A stretch of 64,000 bases of DNA, from positions 32,001-96,000 of the IMG/VR virus record IMGVR_UViG_3300008111_000005; one strand, 5' to 3'. The position numbers and the translations under genes were made by a program. This document shows positions 1-9,576 of the stretch, in pieces. This stretch comes from a virus. The notes below the pieces were generated by a model. It was not told the DNA's origin. It searched no databases and saw only the letters and a list, made by a program, of their open reading frames with translations. Each line of letters opens with the position of its first letter. Position 1 is the stretch's first letter.

Positions 1-445
1 AATCCATTACATTGATAGGATTCTCGTACCACAAATCATATCTTGCACGAATCACCAAATCATATTCAAATCCATTTAACAGTTCGTATCGCTTCTTCAA
101 CATATTCGCTGTATAGATTGAATAGAAGATACTAGCCATACGTTCTTGATTTGCTTCTGGTGGTGATGTGAACCTACGTGCGAATGGAAATTCCTTCTGT
201 GGTTCAAAGATATAATCTTTTGGATTAAGACTGAGTAACATCTCTTCCGTTTGTGGATGAACCAATCCTACTCTACCTTGTTGATGTGCTTGCGCACTAT
301 CGTATGGTTGACCAATAGTATTTGGGTCAAACCATGCGTGTAAGAAGATATCCATATCTTCTATACCAACGAGGTTTGCCTTTAACATTTTTAATGACAA
401 AGGCAATCCACGAGGTTGACCAGATAAACAAAGTGCTATTTTCAT
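1..445 (-). CDS. Partial ORF (runs off left edge), 'MKIALCLSGQPR' family, putative glycosyltransferase-like protein
   Basis: Own translation from ATG at 445: MKIALCLSGQPRG...FEYDLVIRARYDL, open to position 1. Motif is common in viral glycan clusters; lies downstream of the GT11 and methyltransferase genes. Confidence 0.65.
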   Translation of the reverse strand, partial: MKIALCLSGQPRGLPLSLKMLKANLVGIEDMDIFLHAWFDPNTIGQPYDSAQAHQQGRVGLVHPQTEEMLLSLNPKDYIFEPQKEFPFARRFTSPPEANQERMASIFYSIYTANMLKKRYELLNGFEYDLVIRARYDLWYENPINVMD

Positions 446-446
446 A

Positions 447-1046
447 TTAATTAAAGAACTGTATTATAATCATCACATCATCTGCGAGTCCGTTCGGACG
501 CATGTGTTGATCTAGTATGGTTACTGCATAGTTACGGTCGGGTATCATATATACACCACGAGTTAAATAATCAAATAGATTTGGTAAGTACATATCCTCA
601 CAGATATAATATCCACCTGGTTTTACAAGTGCGTGGTATTTTAATATTGCTTTGACTTGGTTATCAATATCATGTGCACCATCTTCAATAAACACATCTT
701 GCTTCGGTAAGTTCTGTACTAGATAGTTACCATTATCTTCATTGTATGCGTCACCAAATATCATATTAACATTAGGTAACGTTGAAAGATAATCCTTTCG
801 TACAGGTTCTACAATATCAAGTCCGGTAATTATACCCTTTGTAAAATATTGCGACCACATCAACAGACTTGCACCAGATGCAATACCCAATTCCATCAAT
901 TGAACAGGTTCGTCTTTCCATGCAGAGAATAATGCATCGTACGTATCAATATAAAAATGCTTATGTAACGGATGCCTATCTCCTTTGTCAGACAAACCAA
1001 TATCAGGAATATCTTCCATTTGGTAGTAAAATTCTTTTAGTCTCAT
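447..1046 (-). CDS. Class I SAM-dependent (sugar O-)methyltransferase
   Basis: MELGIASGASL (motif I), FIEDGAH, VKPGGYYICED. Start placed at ATG 1046, which overlaps the GT11 stop (ATGA). Confidence 0.8.
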   Translation of the reverse strand: MRLKEFYYQMEDIPDIGLSDKGDRHPLHKHFYIDTYDALFSAWKDEPVQLMELGIASGASLLMWSQYFTKGIITGLDIVEPVRKDYLSTLPNVNMIFGDAYNEDNGNYLVQNLPKQDVFIEDGAHDIDNQVKAILKYHALVKPGGYYICEDMYLPNLFDYLTRGVYMIPDRNYAVTILDQHMRPNGLADDVMIIIQFFN

Positions 1047-1879
1047 ATCCAAAACCATTCACTTGGTAGAAGGTCTATAATACTGTTATGACGAAGGTTT
1101 GGTCCGAACCACTGTGACGGTGCGGTTACAATCTTCTTGGGGTTTGGATTTAACCATGCTCCCCACCAACTAAACGAACTATTTGCAATGATGTGATGGT
1201 CACACATACTCATCATACACATTTCTACATATGAGTTATTGATATCTACAATATATCCACCTTCGAACATTTCCTTACACCATTCTGGATCATCGGAGAA
1301 TACTACAAACCGATAAGGTTCTTTCGAGAAGAACTTGTTGATAGCCTCCGCATAGTATTCCATTCCAGTGACCGTATGGTTTGCAGAGTTTGCCACATAA
1401 TCTCCACGACGAACGTGGATAGATACTCGTGGTGCATCATCCTTTACCTTTGCCAGTTCTAATTCAGCTTGCTGTCGAATTTCTGGACGAAAGGTAAATA
1501 CTTCACGGACTTTTTGTTCTGCATGTTTGAAATATTTTTCACTTTGAAAGAACCCAGCAATATCAATATTATCTGGGATATCTAATGCTGCACCATTAAA
1601 ATGAAAGAATTGTTCTTGATATCGTTGCTTGACAACATCTGAAATTTCTGCCATTGGTGCAAAGTAACTGTCGGGAATAAGAAATGGTCTACGAAGTTCC
1701 ATACCAGTTGGTTCTGCTTGCTGCTTTGCCAAATCATAAAATACGAAGTTATCACCAGTATTTTCTATTGGAATTTTTACATCATATCCGTTCTTTTCTG
1801 CGATACCAATGAGTGCAGCCATTTGAAACATTTGGTTACCAAATCTCCCAGAGTTTCCTATACCGACATGCGTAATCAT
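1043..1879 (-). CDS. Alpha-1,2-fucosyltransferase-like, GT11 family
   Basis: GRFGNQMFQ, HVRRGDY, VFSDD and IIANSSFSWWGAWL are hallmark GT11 motifs. Confidence 0.92.
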   Translation of the reverse strand: MITHVGIGNSGRFGNQMFQMAALIGIAEKNGYDVKIPIENTGDNFVFYDLAKQQAEPTGMELRRPFLIPDSYFAPMAEISDVVKQRYQEQFFHFNGAALDIPDNIDIAGFFQSEKYFKHAEQKVREVFTFRPEIRQQAELELAKVKDDAPRVSIHVRRGDYVANSANHTVTGMEYYAEAINKFFSKEPYRFVVFSDDPEWCKEMFEGGYIVDINNSYVEMCMMSMCDHHIIANSSFSWWGAWLNPNPKKIVTAPSQWFGPNLRHNSIIDLLPSEWFWI

Positions 1880-2895
1880 ATAGAGGTAACCTGTTCGTTA
1901 ATCCAGTGATATGTTTTGGTAATGCCGTCAACCAATGGAGAATTTGGCTCCCAATTGAGGTGTTGACGAATTAACCGATTGTCAGAGGAACGTCCACGAA
2001 CCCCTAACGGACCTGGAATATGATTAATAGTTAACTTCTTACCAGCGATTCCCATAATCATATAAGCAAAATCGTTAATTGAAATCATTTCTTCCGAACC
2101 GATATTAACAGGACCAGTAAAATCTGAATGGGTTAACCGTAAGATGCCTTCGACACATTCATCTACATAAAGGAATGAACGGGTTTGCTTTCCGTCACCA
2201 AACATATCAATTGAACCACCTTCTGGTGTCTGCGCAATCTTTCTGCACATCGCAGCGGGTGCCTTTTCACGCCCACCTTCCCATGTCCCTTCTACACCAT
2301 ATACATTATGGAAACGAGCAATGCGTGGTTCTATGCCGAAGTTACGCTTGTACGACATATACAATCGTTCACTGAATAATTTTTCCCACCCATATTCACT
2401 ATCTGGGTTTGCTGGATATGCTGAACTTTCTTCACAGTTTGGATTATCTGGGTCTAACTGGTTATGCTCTGGATAGATACACGCCGATGACGAATAGAAT
2501 ACTCGTTTTAATCCCAACGTCACCATTGCTTTCAATGTATTTAAATTGATTAACGCCGAGTTGGTCATTACATTTGCGTCATGCTCACCAGTAAAGATGT
2601 ATGATGCTCCACCCATATCAGCAGCTAATTGATATACTTCGACATCGGTACGGCCCAAACTTAATGCGTTCAAGCATGTTTGATAATCCGATAAATCTCC
2701 GTGTACAACATCGTCTGCAAATGTGTTTACATCACAATGTTCTGGAAGTTTAATATCTGCCACACGAACCCAGTAACCTTCTTTCTGTAATCGTCGTGCG
2801 AGGTGGTGGCCTATAAAACCACAACCACCGAGTACCACAGCGACTTTATCCGCTGTGCTCAGTGGTTTTTTACTAACGTTACCTTCTTCTGTCAT
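1876..2895 (-). CDS. NAD-dependent epimerase, GDP-mannose 3,5-epimerase-like (extended SDR)
   Basis: GGCGFIG, QLAADMGG, YSSSACIYP, YGWEK (YxxxK), GGREKAPAAMCRK match the GME-like subfamily. Confidence 0.88.
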   Translation of the reverse strand: MTEEGNVSKKPLSTADKVAVVLGGCGFIGHHLARRLQKEGYWVRVADIKLPEHCDVNTFADDVVHGDLSDYQTCLNALSLGRTDVEVYQLAADMGGASYIFTGEHDANVMTNSALINLNTLKAMVTLGLKRVFYSSSACIYPEHNQLDPDNPNCEESSAYPANPDSEYGWEKLFSERLYMSYKRNFGIEPRIARFHNVYGVEGTWEGGREKAPAAMCRKIAQTPEGGSIDMFGDGKQTRSFLYVDECVEGILRLTHSDFTGPVNIGSEEMISINDFAYMIMGIAGKKLTINHIPGPLGVRGRSSDNRLIRQHLNWEPNSPLVDGITKTYHWINEQVTSI

Positions 2896-2919
2896 GTAAC
2901 CCTTCCTATTGTATTAGTT

Positions 2920-3066
2920 TTATTCTTTTGCTACTGCTACGTGCTTACCAGTACAGATGTAGTACCAAACAGTCCACCATTCTTTTTCTGGTATATATCT
3001 TTTTAAGTTTATTCTATCTTGTTTTGATTCCGTTAATGGGTGTTCTGTTATAACATTATTCCCCAT
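2920..3066 (-). CDS. Small hypothetical protein (48 aa)
   Basis: Own translation MGNNVITEHPLTESKQDRINLKRYIPEKEWWTVWYYICTGKHVAVAKE; fills the gap on the coding strand. Confidence 0.4.
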   Translation of the reverse strand: MGNNVITEHPLTESKQDRINLKRYIPEKEWWTVWYYICTGKHVAVAKE

Positions 3067-3439
3067 ACATATTCTCCGTTACTTTTTCTTCTGTCTTTAA
3101 CACAGTTTTCTTAATGAATACTTCACGTAACGTAGATATCTTCGTTAATAAATAGGTTCGATAGGGTCTGTCACCAACGAAATTTGAGTTTTTGAAACGG
3201 TCGTAAATTACCTGAGTATCAGTTTCATCACCAATCAATTTAAATATTTGACCAAGTTTTTCTGGTGTTAGAGAACCCAGTGACAAAGCGTGCATTTTAC
3301 CTTCCCAATTGGGATTGAGTACGAGTGCATATTTCTGCTCATTATCGTAGGTAAACTGCACCACTTTGCCAGTAGTCAAATCTTTTTGAGAAACGAAAGT
3401 ACGAACACCTAATGTACCTTTATACCCTTCTATTGCCAT
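3056..3439 (-). CDS. Hypothetical protein
   Basis: 127-aa ORF, TAATG-coupled to the upstream glycosyltransferase. Confidence 0.7.
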   Translation of the reverse strand: MAIEGYKGTLGVRTFVSQKDLTTGKVVQFTYDNEQKYALVLNPNWEGKMHALSLGSLTPEKLGQIFKLIGDETDTQVIYDRFKNSNFVGDRPYRTYLLTKISTLREVFIKKTVLKTEEKVTENMYGE

Positions 3440-4746
3440 TAGTTAATCTTCTTTAATGTTGGAAGAACCAATTTAGTTTCAACGGAAAATTGTGGAACAT
3501 ATTTGTCTAACAACTCAACTGTTCTGTTAAAAATAGTTTGATACGAGAACTTCTTAACATTTTGTTTTGCTAACAACTGTGCCTTCTTTTTAAAATTACT
3601 GTAATTCTTAAATACGGCGTACATTGCGTTTGCTGATTGGTTCATATCAGGAGCGAACCACGTAGACTCCCGAATCAATACACCGTCCCACACAGAACTT
3701 TCGTGGATAGGTTTGAGTTCACCACCAATTAGTAATGAATTGTCTTTATCCAAGAAATCAAGTTGACCACTCCATCCAGATGCGATTACGGGTTTGCCAC
3801 TAATTGATGCTTCAAGTAATGGTCTACCAAACCCTTCACCCTTGGTTAAACTTACGTGTGCTTTTACCTTTGAGTGGTTATATAAAGAATTCATTTCTTT
3901 GTCTGTTAACTCACCATGCAATAAATAAATATTCGGCATGCTCTGTCCAACGTTCAAAGTAACAGATTTCTTGATTTGTTCTATTTTCTTTAATATATCT
4001 TCTCTGTCCAAGATAGAAAATCCAGCACTACTAGTTTTTAAAATAAGCGCAGGCTTTTCTTTTTCTGGAATTTGTCGGAATGTTTCAAGGAATATTTTCA
4101 CCAACAGTGCAACATTCTTACGGTCCTCTCCAAATTCACCACGGAGCCAGTGACCAACGAAAAGATAACAGAACTTCTCTGGGATGCTATCCAATGTTTC
4201 TCGTATTTTTGGCTCTAAATTAAAATCATATTCGATTTTTTTAAATATGTTATTGTCAATACAATTGTGTAATACTTCAATTGGTTTGGTGACTGCTAGT
4301 TCACCAATGATATTACCTTGTTGATTTTGCTGTGAGTACTTTGAGAAATGAAAAACATTCTTTGAGTGTTCGGAAATAGTCAGTACTAAATCCATTTTAT
4401 TACATGCTTGTATCCATTCAGCAGAAGCCACGGTGGTTTCAATGCCGGCGGTTATACCGATATTGTACTTTCCTAACGGTTCAAATTCTGTTGGGATGGT
4501 AATTGTAACATACAATGATGGTTGTGGTAATTGTCCACCACGAATGATTCTATCCAAAATCATTTTGTCCTTTGGATTAGTTTCATCCAGTGCATTCATA
4601 GGAGTATCACCCCACGGTACACTGTGCACCTTCACATCAAACTTATCCCATTCAATGATGTGACGGATAATGTCTCTACTCATATCACCATAACCAGAAC
4701 GAGTCTGGCATGGTGCTCTAACTATACATAACGGTTTGCCTGTCAT
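3439..4746 (-). CDS. GT-B (GT4-like) glycosyltransferase
   Basis: TRSGYG at N-terminus; RKNV; GEGFGRPLLEA (EGFG...E); SGWSGQLDFL. Confidence 0.85.
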   Translation of the reverse strand: MTGKPLCIVRAPCQTRSGYGDMSRDIIRHIIEWDKFDVKVHSVPWGDTPMNALDETNPKDKMILDRIIRGGQLPQPSLYVTITIPTEFEPLGKYNIGITAGIETTVASAEWIQACNKMDLVLTISEHSKNVFHFSKYSQQNQQGNIIGELAVTKPIEVLHNCIDNNIFKKIEYDFNLEPKIRETLDSIPEKFCYLFVGHWLRGEFGEDRKNVALLVKIFLETFRQIPEKEKPALILKTSSAGFSILDREDILKKIEQIKKSVTLNVGQSMPNIYLLHGELTDKEMNSLYNHSKVKAHVSLTKGEGFGRPLLEASISGKPVIASGWSGQLDFLDKDNSLLIGGELKPIHESSVWDGVLIRESTWFAPDMNQSANAMYAVFKNYSNFKKKAQLLAKQNVKKFSYQTIFNRTVELLDKYVPQFSVETKLVLPTLKKIN

Positions 4747-4747
4747 A

Positions 4748-6148
4748 TTATGCCTTCACCAAAGTAAAACGTTCCCGTGGGGTCCAATTATCCCACGCAT
4801 TTTCCATATGTTCGATAAATAATTCACACATACGTTCTGCCGTAAATTGTCCAGCTCCAAGTGCGTATTGACGACCCAACTCACCACGGCGTTTACGTTC
4901 CTCACGCGACATCTTATACACTTCCATTATCTTCTCCGCTGCTTCTTCCCACGAACAACGGTCATCAAAAATGTACGGGGTCAACGGAGAACCTTGTAAA
5001 GAACGACTTACTGGAAATAATGGGAATGCCCATTCACCGTGATTCTTGAAACGTCCATCGTGATTACTACCCCAATCATAATTGAAATCACGTTCAGGGT
5101 CAAGGTACTCACCTTCATCATTTGTGAATCCACACTGGTCTTGCAATCCACCCGTGACATTAACAATGATTGGTGTACCAGCAACTAGACTTTCACACGT
5201 ACCCAAACCAAAACCTTCATTACTAGACATATTAATGGTAACGTCTGCGATGTTATACAGAATGTTGATATGCTTCGATTCGATGCGTTCGTTTGAGAAA
5301 ATAACATACTTTTCTAATTCTGGCATTACGTCACGAATCACCACAGGTAAGTCAGTACCGTGTTCATCAACGGGTTGTGTATGTAATACAAGACGGCACT
5401 TTGAACGTTCTTCTTCTGGTAGCTTTTTCATAAACGTGTTAAATGCCAACAGAATATCCGATGTCATCTTTCTACGAATATTTCTACTATTGTAGAACAC
5501 TACATATTTAACGTCTTGACCGTTAAACAATCGTTCACGAACTTCCAAGAGTTCTTTGTCATCTTCTGGTAGTGGATGGAACTTCTTTGTATCAATTCCA
5601 TGTGGAATGTAGGATAGTGACCACGGAGCACGTGGTTCCTTTCTTGATACGTGCTTTACGATATTGTAGGTTTGTTTACTAATACATCCAATCCAATCAT
5701 CGGAACGATAATAATTTTCATTATAGAATGGATACGGAAGGTCATCCCAAATAGCGTAGAAGAACATAGGAATCTTTTGACGAATCTCATGCTCAATCTG
5801 ATATAACCAAATCCAATATCTTGGGTCTGTGAAATGGAGAATAGCATCTGGCTTTTCTAATTCTATTAACTGACGAATCAATCTACTGTCACCGTATCCA
5901 TTATAGGGAACAATCTTAACACTAGCGTCAGTCAATCCAACTTCATTATTAATTGCGTCGGACATATCAATCATTTTACCGGCCTCAGGATGAGAAACCG
6001 CTGCACCTACCTGTACCCAATTAAATCTATGCGAAGTTCCTTCAATTATTTCACGGGACATAACACCAACACCTGATGTTACTCGCATATCGTCTGAGAG
6101 GAATAAAATCTTCTTACGTTGTTCTTTTGGAATATAACCGTGTTTCAT
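4748..6148 (-). CDS. GT-B (GT4-like) glycosyltransferase
   Basis: SGVG, IPHGID, RNIRRK, SSNEGFGLGTCESL, TGGLQDQ. Confidence 0.85.
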   Translation of the reverse strand: MKHGYIPKEQRKKILFLSDDMRVTSGVGVMSREIIEGTSHRFNWVQVGAAVSHPEAGKMIDMSDAINNEVGLTDASVKIVPYNGYGDSRLIRQLIELEKPDAILHFTDPRYWIWLYQIEHEIRQKIPMFFYAIWDDLPYPFYNENYYRSDDWIGCISKQTYNIVKHVSRKEPRAPWSLSYIPHGIDTKKFHPLPEDDKELLEVRERLFNGQDVKYVVFYNSRNIRRKMTSDILLAFNTFMKKLPEEERSKCRLVLHTQPVDEHGTDLPVVIRDVMPELEKYVIFSNERIESKHINILYNIADVTINMSSNEGFGLGTCESLVAGTPIIVNVTGGLQDQCGFTNDEGEYLDPERDFNYDWGSNHDGRFKNHGEWAFPLFPVSRSLQGSPLTPYIFDDRCSWEEAAEKIMEVYKMSREERKRRGELGRQYALGAGQFTAERMCELFIEHMENAWDNWTPRERFTLVKA

Positions 6149-6172
6149 CTAAACTCCTATAATATTTTTATT

Positions 6173-7270
6173 TTAAAATGCTATAATTTCACTGCCACCA
6201 CCACCTCCACCGCCACCACCACTATCTCCGTGTTGTATGTAGGTATCTGTGTGTGGAATTATTTCCGTATCGGAATGAGGAATGTCTGAGTGTGGTACAT
6301 ATGTGTCATTATGAACTGGTGTATCCGTATGCTGTGTGTCGGTGTGTTGCACCTGTGTATCATTATGCACCGTATCGTTGTGTGATGTATCTGCGTGTGT
6401 TGTGTCGTTGTGTGTGGTATCCGCGTGTTGAACAACAACGGTATCTAAATGCCCAGCTGCTCCATCAGCACCAGGCGTCCCTGCTGCACCGGCAGGTCCT
6501 GGTGGACCTGGTGGACCTGGGGTCATAGCCCTATCCAACGCTGCTTGTGCTGATTGTGCCGCTGCAGCTGCGGAAGCCGCTGCAGCTTGAGCCGTTGCAA
6601 GGGCTTGTTGTGCTAATGCACGTACAGGAGCAACTTGTGATTCTACGTACGCTACAATTCTACGCCAATACGGACCATCAAGATATTCATAAATTGGTGT
6701 ACCGACATCTTCTGCAAATATTCTGTTACCTTTTTTTGCCGTAGAATCTTCACGGGTACGTTGTGCTTGTGGAACGAATTTCGCATTTAAATGCGTTTCA
6801 ATCATATCATTCAATTCGTTATTTGTTCTGAATAATTGACCCGTTGCCTGTGTTAACGTAGGTGTTTGTGGTGGTGTAACCGTTACCGGAGTAGTATCCG
6901 TTACGGGTTGTGGTATTTCTTGTGCAGGTGTAAACGATTGTGGTGGATAGAAATTGGCACCAATACCCTTGTCAGGCAACAATCGTAGGTATACACCACC
7001 TGGAGCGATTTCATCATAATCACCAGTGAACAATCCACTTCTGTATGCATTGAATAGTTCCTCTGCATCAACATAGTCTGGATTAATGAACACCCAACCA
7101 CCCGAAGTTGTTGCGGTACTTAATACGTTGGCTGGTAAATTATTTAATTTACGAGTTTCCTCTGCACGTTCTGGTGTAATTACTATACGGCTGTATTTGC
7201 CAGAATTAAATTCGGCTACATCCCCGGCTCCAGCCGCAAAATATATATCTTGTTTTGTTGGTATAGCCAT
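6173..7270 (-). CDS. Putative virion/fibre protein: Ala-rich coil, short collagen segment, 13 H-x-D repeats, poly-Gly tail
   Basis: AQAAAASAAAAA, GPPGPPGPAGAAGTPGADGAAG, then HLD/HAD/HND/HTD/HSD/HGD motifs and a Gly9 run before SEIIAF. Confidence 0.75.
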   Translation of the reverse strand: MAIPTKQDIYFAAGAGDVAEFNSGKYSRIVITPERAEETRKLNNLPANVLSTATTSGGWVFINPDYVDAEELFNAYRSGLFTGDYDEIAPGGVYLRLLPDKGIGANFYPPQSFTPAQEIPQPVTDTTPVTVTPPQTPTLTQATGQLFRTNNELNDMIETHLNAKFVPQAQRTREDSTAKKGNRIFAEDVGTPIYEYLDGPYWRRIVAYVESQVAPVRALAQQALATAQAAAASAAAAAQSAQAALDRAMTPGPPGPPGPAGAAGTPGADGAAGHLDTVVVQHADTTHNDTTHADTSHNDTVHNDTQVQHTDTQHTDTPVHNDTYVPHSDIPHSDTEIIPHTDTYIQHGDSGGGGGGGGGSEIIAF

Positions 7271-7279
7271 ATAATTCTC

Positions 7280-7444
7280 TTATAAAGTGATACTACCGGA
7301 CATACTAGAAGAAATAAAATTAGACCATAACTTTTCTGTAATGGTACTTGCAACAAACCCGTTAAGTTTACAAAACTCACGAATGTGTTGATTTATTTCT
7401 TTCGTAATTTGCACGGTAGTATATGAATATTTATCTTTTCTCAT
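7280..7444 (-). CDS. Small ribbon-helix-helix-like DNA-binding protein (54 aa)
   Basis: Own translation MRKDKYSYTTVQITKEINQHIREFCKLNGFVASTITEKLWSNFISSSMSGSITL; strand-helix-G-helix pattern. Confidence 0.5.
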   Translation of the reverse strand: MRKDKYSYTTVQITKEINQHIREFCKLNGFVASTITEKLWSNFISSSMSGSITL

Positions 7445-7467
7445 GTTTGACCTTTTCTATAACCTTC

Positions 7468-7475
7468 TATAAATA
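7468..7475 (-). promoter_or_regulatory. TATTTATA motif (candidate phage late-promoter element)
   Basis: Exact TATTTATA on the coding strand about 24 nt before ATG 7444; recurs at 54107, 54120 and 61475. Confidence 0.45.
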
Positions 7476-7479
7476 GTGG

Positions 7480-8157
7480 TCAAACTGCCAAAAGTTCGTT
7501 TATATCCAAAATTCTATATGTCATTCCCTTAACAACCCTATGCATATGTCCTGAATAAACCATAGGTGTTCCCAGTGCATGCCATAAAGTTTCAATCTGC
7601 TTCTGCGTCGGATCTTCCCAATCCAATCCCACATCAAATTGAAGTTTTGCGGAGTTATCAAAATGTTCTTCGATAACACTGTTGGGTGGGCAATGCGTAA
7701 TAAACATATCAATAGTCTTACCCTCTGCATTATTCAGCATACGAGTATATTGTTCATCACTGATAAGTTCGTTTTCATCCCAATGCATTCCGTCCGCCAA
7801 TCTCCACTTTTTGTCAATGGATGCTGCACCACCCATAAATGCGATGGTCCGACCATCCAACTCCATTACTGTTCCACGAGGAATATAATAGAATGGAATG
7901 TCTGGATATACTTGTGAGACTTCCGTGTAACTAATCCAACGGGTGCAATCATCGTGGTTACCATCAATAAAATACACGGGAACTGATGACCTATTCAATA
8001 CATTTTTAAATTGCTCTTCATTATCCATTCCATGTCCACGGAACAAACAAAAATCACCGACTTGAATAATGGCAGCGGCACCGACTTGTCCAGCTAAATC
8101 AATAGCTCTCTCCATTACTTTGTAATCACCGTGAATATCACCTAATAGTAAAATCAT
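7480..8157 (-). CDS. Calcineurin-like metallophosphoesterase
   Basis: GDIHG, VGDF, DGNHD, THCPP, GHMH. Confidence 0.9.
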   Translation of the reverse strand: MILLLGDIHGDYKVMERAIDLAGQVGAAAIIQVGDFCLFRGHGMDNEEQFKNVLNRSSVPVYFIDGNHDDCTRWISYTEVSQVYPDIPFYYIPRGTVMELDGRTIAFMGGAASIDKKWRLADGMHWDENELISDEQYTRMLNNAEGKTIDMFITHCPPNSVIEEHFDNSAKLQFDVGLDWEDPTQKQIETLWHALGTPMVYSGHMHRVVKGMTYRILDINELLAV

Positions 8158-8159
8158 AA

Positions 8160-8519
8160 TTACCGTCCGTATCTGTCTTTTATTCGTACCAAATCATCCA
8201 AATGATTTGTAGATGCTTCTAATACTTGCATATCTTCAAACGCTTCAACGGAATGAACTTGTGTTGGTGGGATATGAATTGAATCTCCTGGATTCATAAC
8301 ATATACTGCTGTCAACACGGGTACGTTTTCTTCCATTGTATAAAATTTAACAATACCTTTACCAGACAACACATACATAGTTTCGTCTTTGTGGTGATGA
8401 TATTGAATACTCAAAGATTCACCACCGCGAATATTTAAAATTTTTCCTACATAATGTTCCGTATGTGCCCAAATGGTTTCACTTCCCCAGGGTTTATTTA
8501 TAAACTTAACTTCATTCAT
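8160..8519 (-). CDS. Cupin, mannose-6-phosphate isomerase type II C-terminal-like
   Basis: KPWG, SLSIQYHHHKDET, IHIPPTQVH. Confidence 0.8.
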   Translation of the reverse strand: MNEVKFINKPWGSETIWAHTEHYVGKILNIRGGESLSIQYHHHKDETMYVLSGKGIVKFYTMEENVPVLTAVYVMNPGDSIHIPPTQVHSVEAFEDMQVLEASTNHLDDLVRIKDRYGR

Positions 8520-8721
8520 CTTTGTTTAACTCATTTTCATAAAAGTAATTTACTACTGCATCATTAAATGCATCTTCGTCAAATGTCAGTCCCACCATCA
8601 AGGTTTTAAATGCCTCGAACACTTCATTTGAAGTACTATCCATAGGAATTTCAATACTGATTTTTCGATTGTAACTTGATGCCGTCAAAGTCAGTTCATT
8701 GTATTTATATTTTTCATACAT
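8512..8721 (-). CDS. Hypothetical protein
   Basis: Overlapping operon chain; start moved to MYEKYK. Confidence 0.55.
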   Translation of the reverse strand: MYEKYKYNELTLTASSYNRKISIEIPMDSTSNEVFEAFKTLMVGLTFDEDAFNDAVVNYFYENELNKDE

Positions 8722-8950
8722 CGGATTTAATATCTCCATTTCGGACGAGTTCACTGAACAAATTCATCGTACTATTAAACTTCTGATTATATAGTGTACG
8801 CATCCCAAACAACATATTCAACAACTGGTCTTGATGTACTGGTGAAATATCACTGTCTGCAATATACTCAGAAATCGTATCCATATCATCCGTCACATTC
8901 CAACACTGCATAATTTTCTGTTCCAGTAGAAATCGGTCACGCTTTTCCAT
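8714..8950 (-). CDS. Hypothetical phage protein
   Basis: MEKRDRFLLEQKIMQCWNVTDD; GGAG upstream of ATG 8950. Confidence 0.65.
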   Translation of the reverse strand: MEKRDRFLLEQKIMQCWNVTDDMDTISEYIADSDISPVHQDQLLNMLFGMRTLYNQKFNSTMNLFSELVRNGDIKSDV

Positions 8951-9197
8951 TGTTTTTCTCCTTTGGTAGATACACGGTGCCACCACACTCTTCAATAAAA
9001 GTAATAAACTCTTCAAGACTTGCTCCTGCAAACAACGCTTTGTCAGGCCACTTCGTCAACCACATAATCTTATTCCACTGCCACATCTGCCGAATGAAAT
9101 TGAAACATCCATCGGTATCCTGCCACGGCCAGGTCTTAATCAGTTCCAATGCATGTTCCGTAGGATATCCTTCTTCGTCATCATATTGTATCCGCAA
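8937..9197 (-). CDS. Hypothetical protein
   Basis: 86-aa ORF (DEEGYPTE) in the operon chain. Confidence 0.6.
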   Translation of the reverse strand: MRIQYDDEEGYPTEHALELIKTWPWQDTDGCFNFIRQMWQWNKIMWLTKWPDKALFAGASLEEFITFIEECGGTVYLPKEKNNGKA

Positions 9198-9576
9198 TTA
9201 GTTTTTTAAATTTGGTTGTTGACCAACCGTGGTCACGGTTAATCCAATAGACAGGACAAAATCCCTTACCAGTATAATTCTTGTCTTTATAATCTTCACC
9301 AAGAAATCTAATAGAAGGATTGTATAAAATCAATAGCCTCCACAAATCGTGTTCTGTATTATAAGGTACTATTTCATCAATATATCTAATACCTTGTAAT
9401 ATCTCTGTGCGTTCCTCTACCGATAAAATAGGCTTAATCTTTTCTGGTCGTTCAATAGTAGGGTCTGTATGAAGGAATACCATAAACTTATCACAGTTTG
9501 CCTTACACTCCTTGAACATCTTCATATAACCAGGATGTATGATGTCAAAGTTTCCGGCGATTACTCCCAACCTCAT
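9181..9576 (-). CDS. Cytidylyltransferase (TagD/RfaE-like, HIGH superfamily)
   Basis: GNFDIIHPGY, ER.EIL..IRYIDE, GEDY, WSTT. Confidence 0.85.
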   Translation of the reverse strand: MRLGVIAGNFDIIHPGYMKMFKECKANCDKFMVFLHTDPTIERPEKIKPILSVEERTEILQGIRYIDEIVPYNTEHDLWRLLILYNPSIRFLGEDYKDKNYTGKGFCPVYWINRDHGWSTTKFKKLIADTI

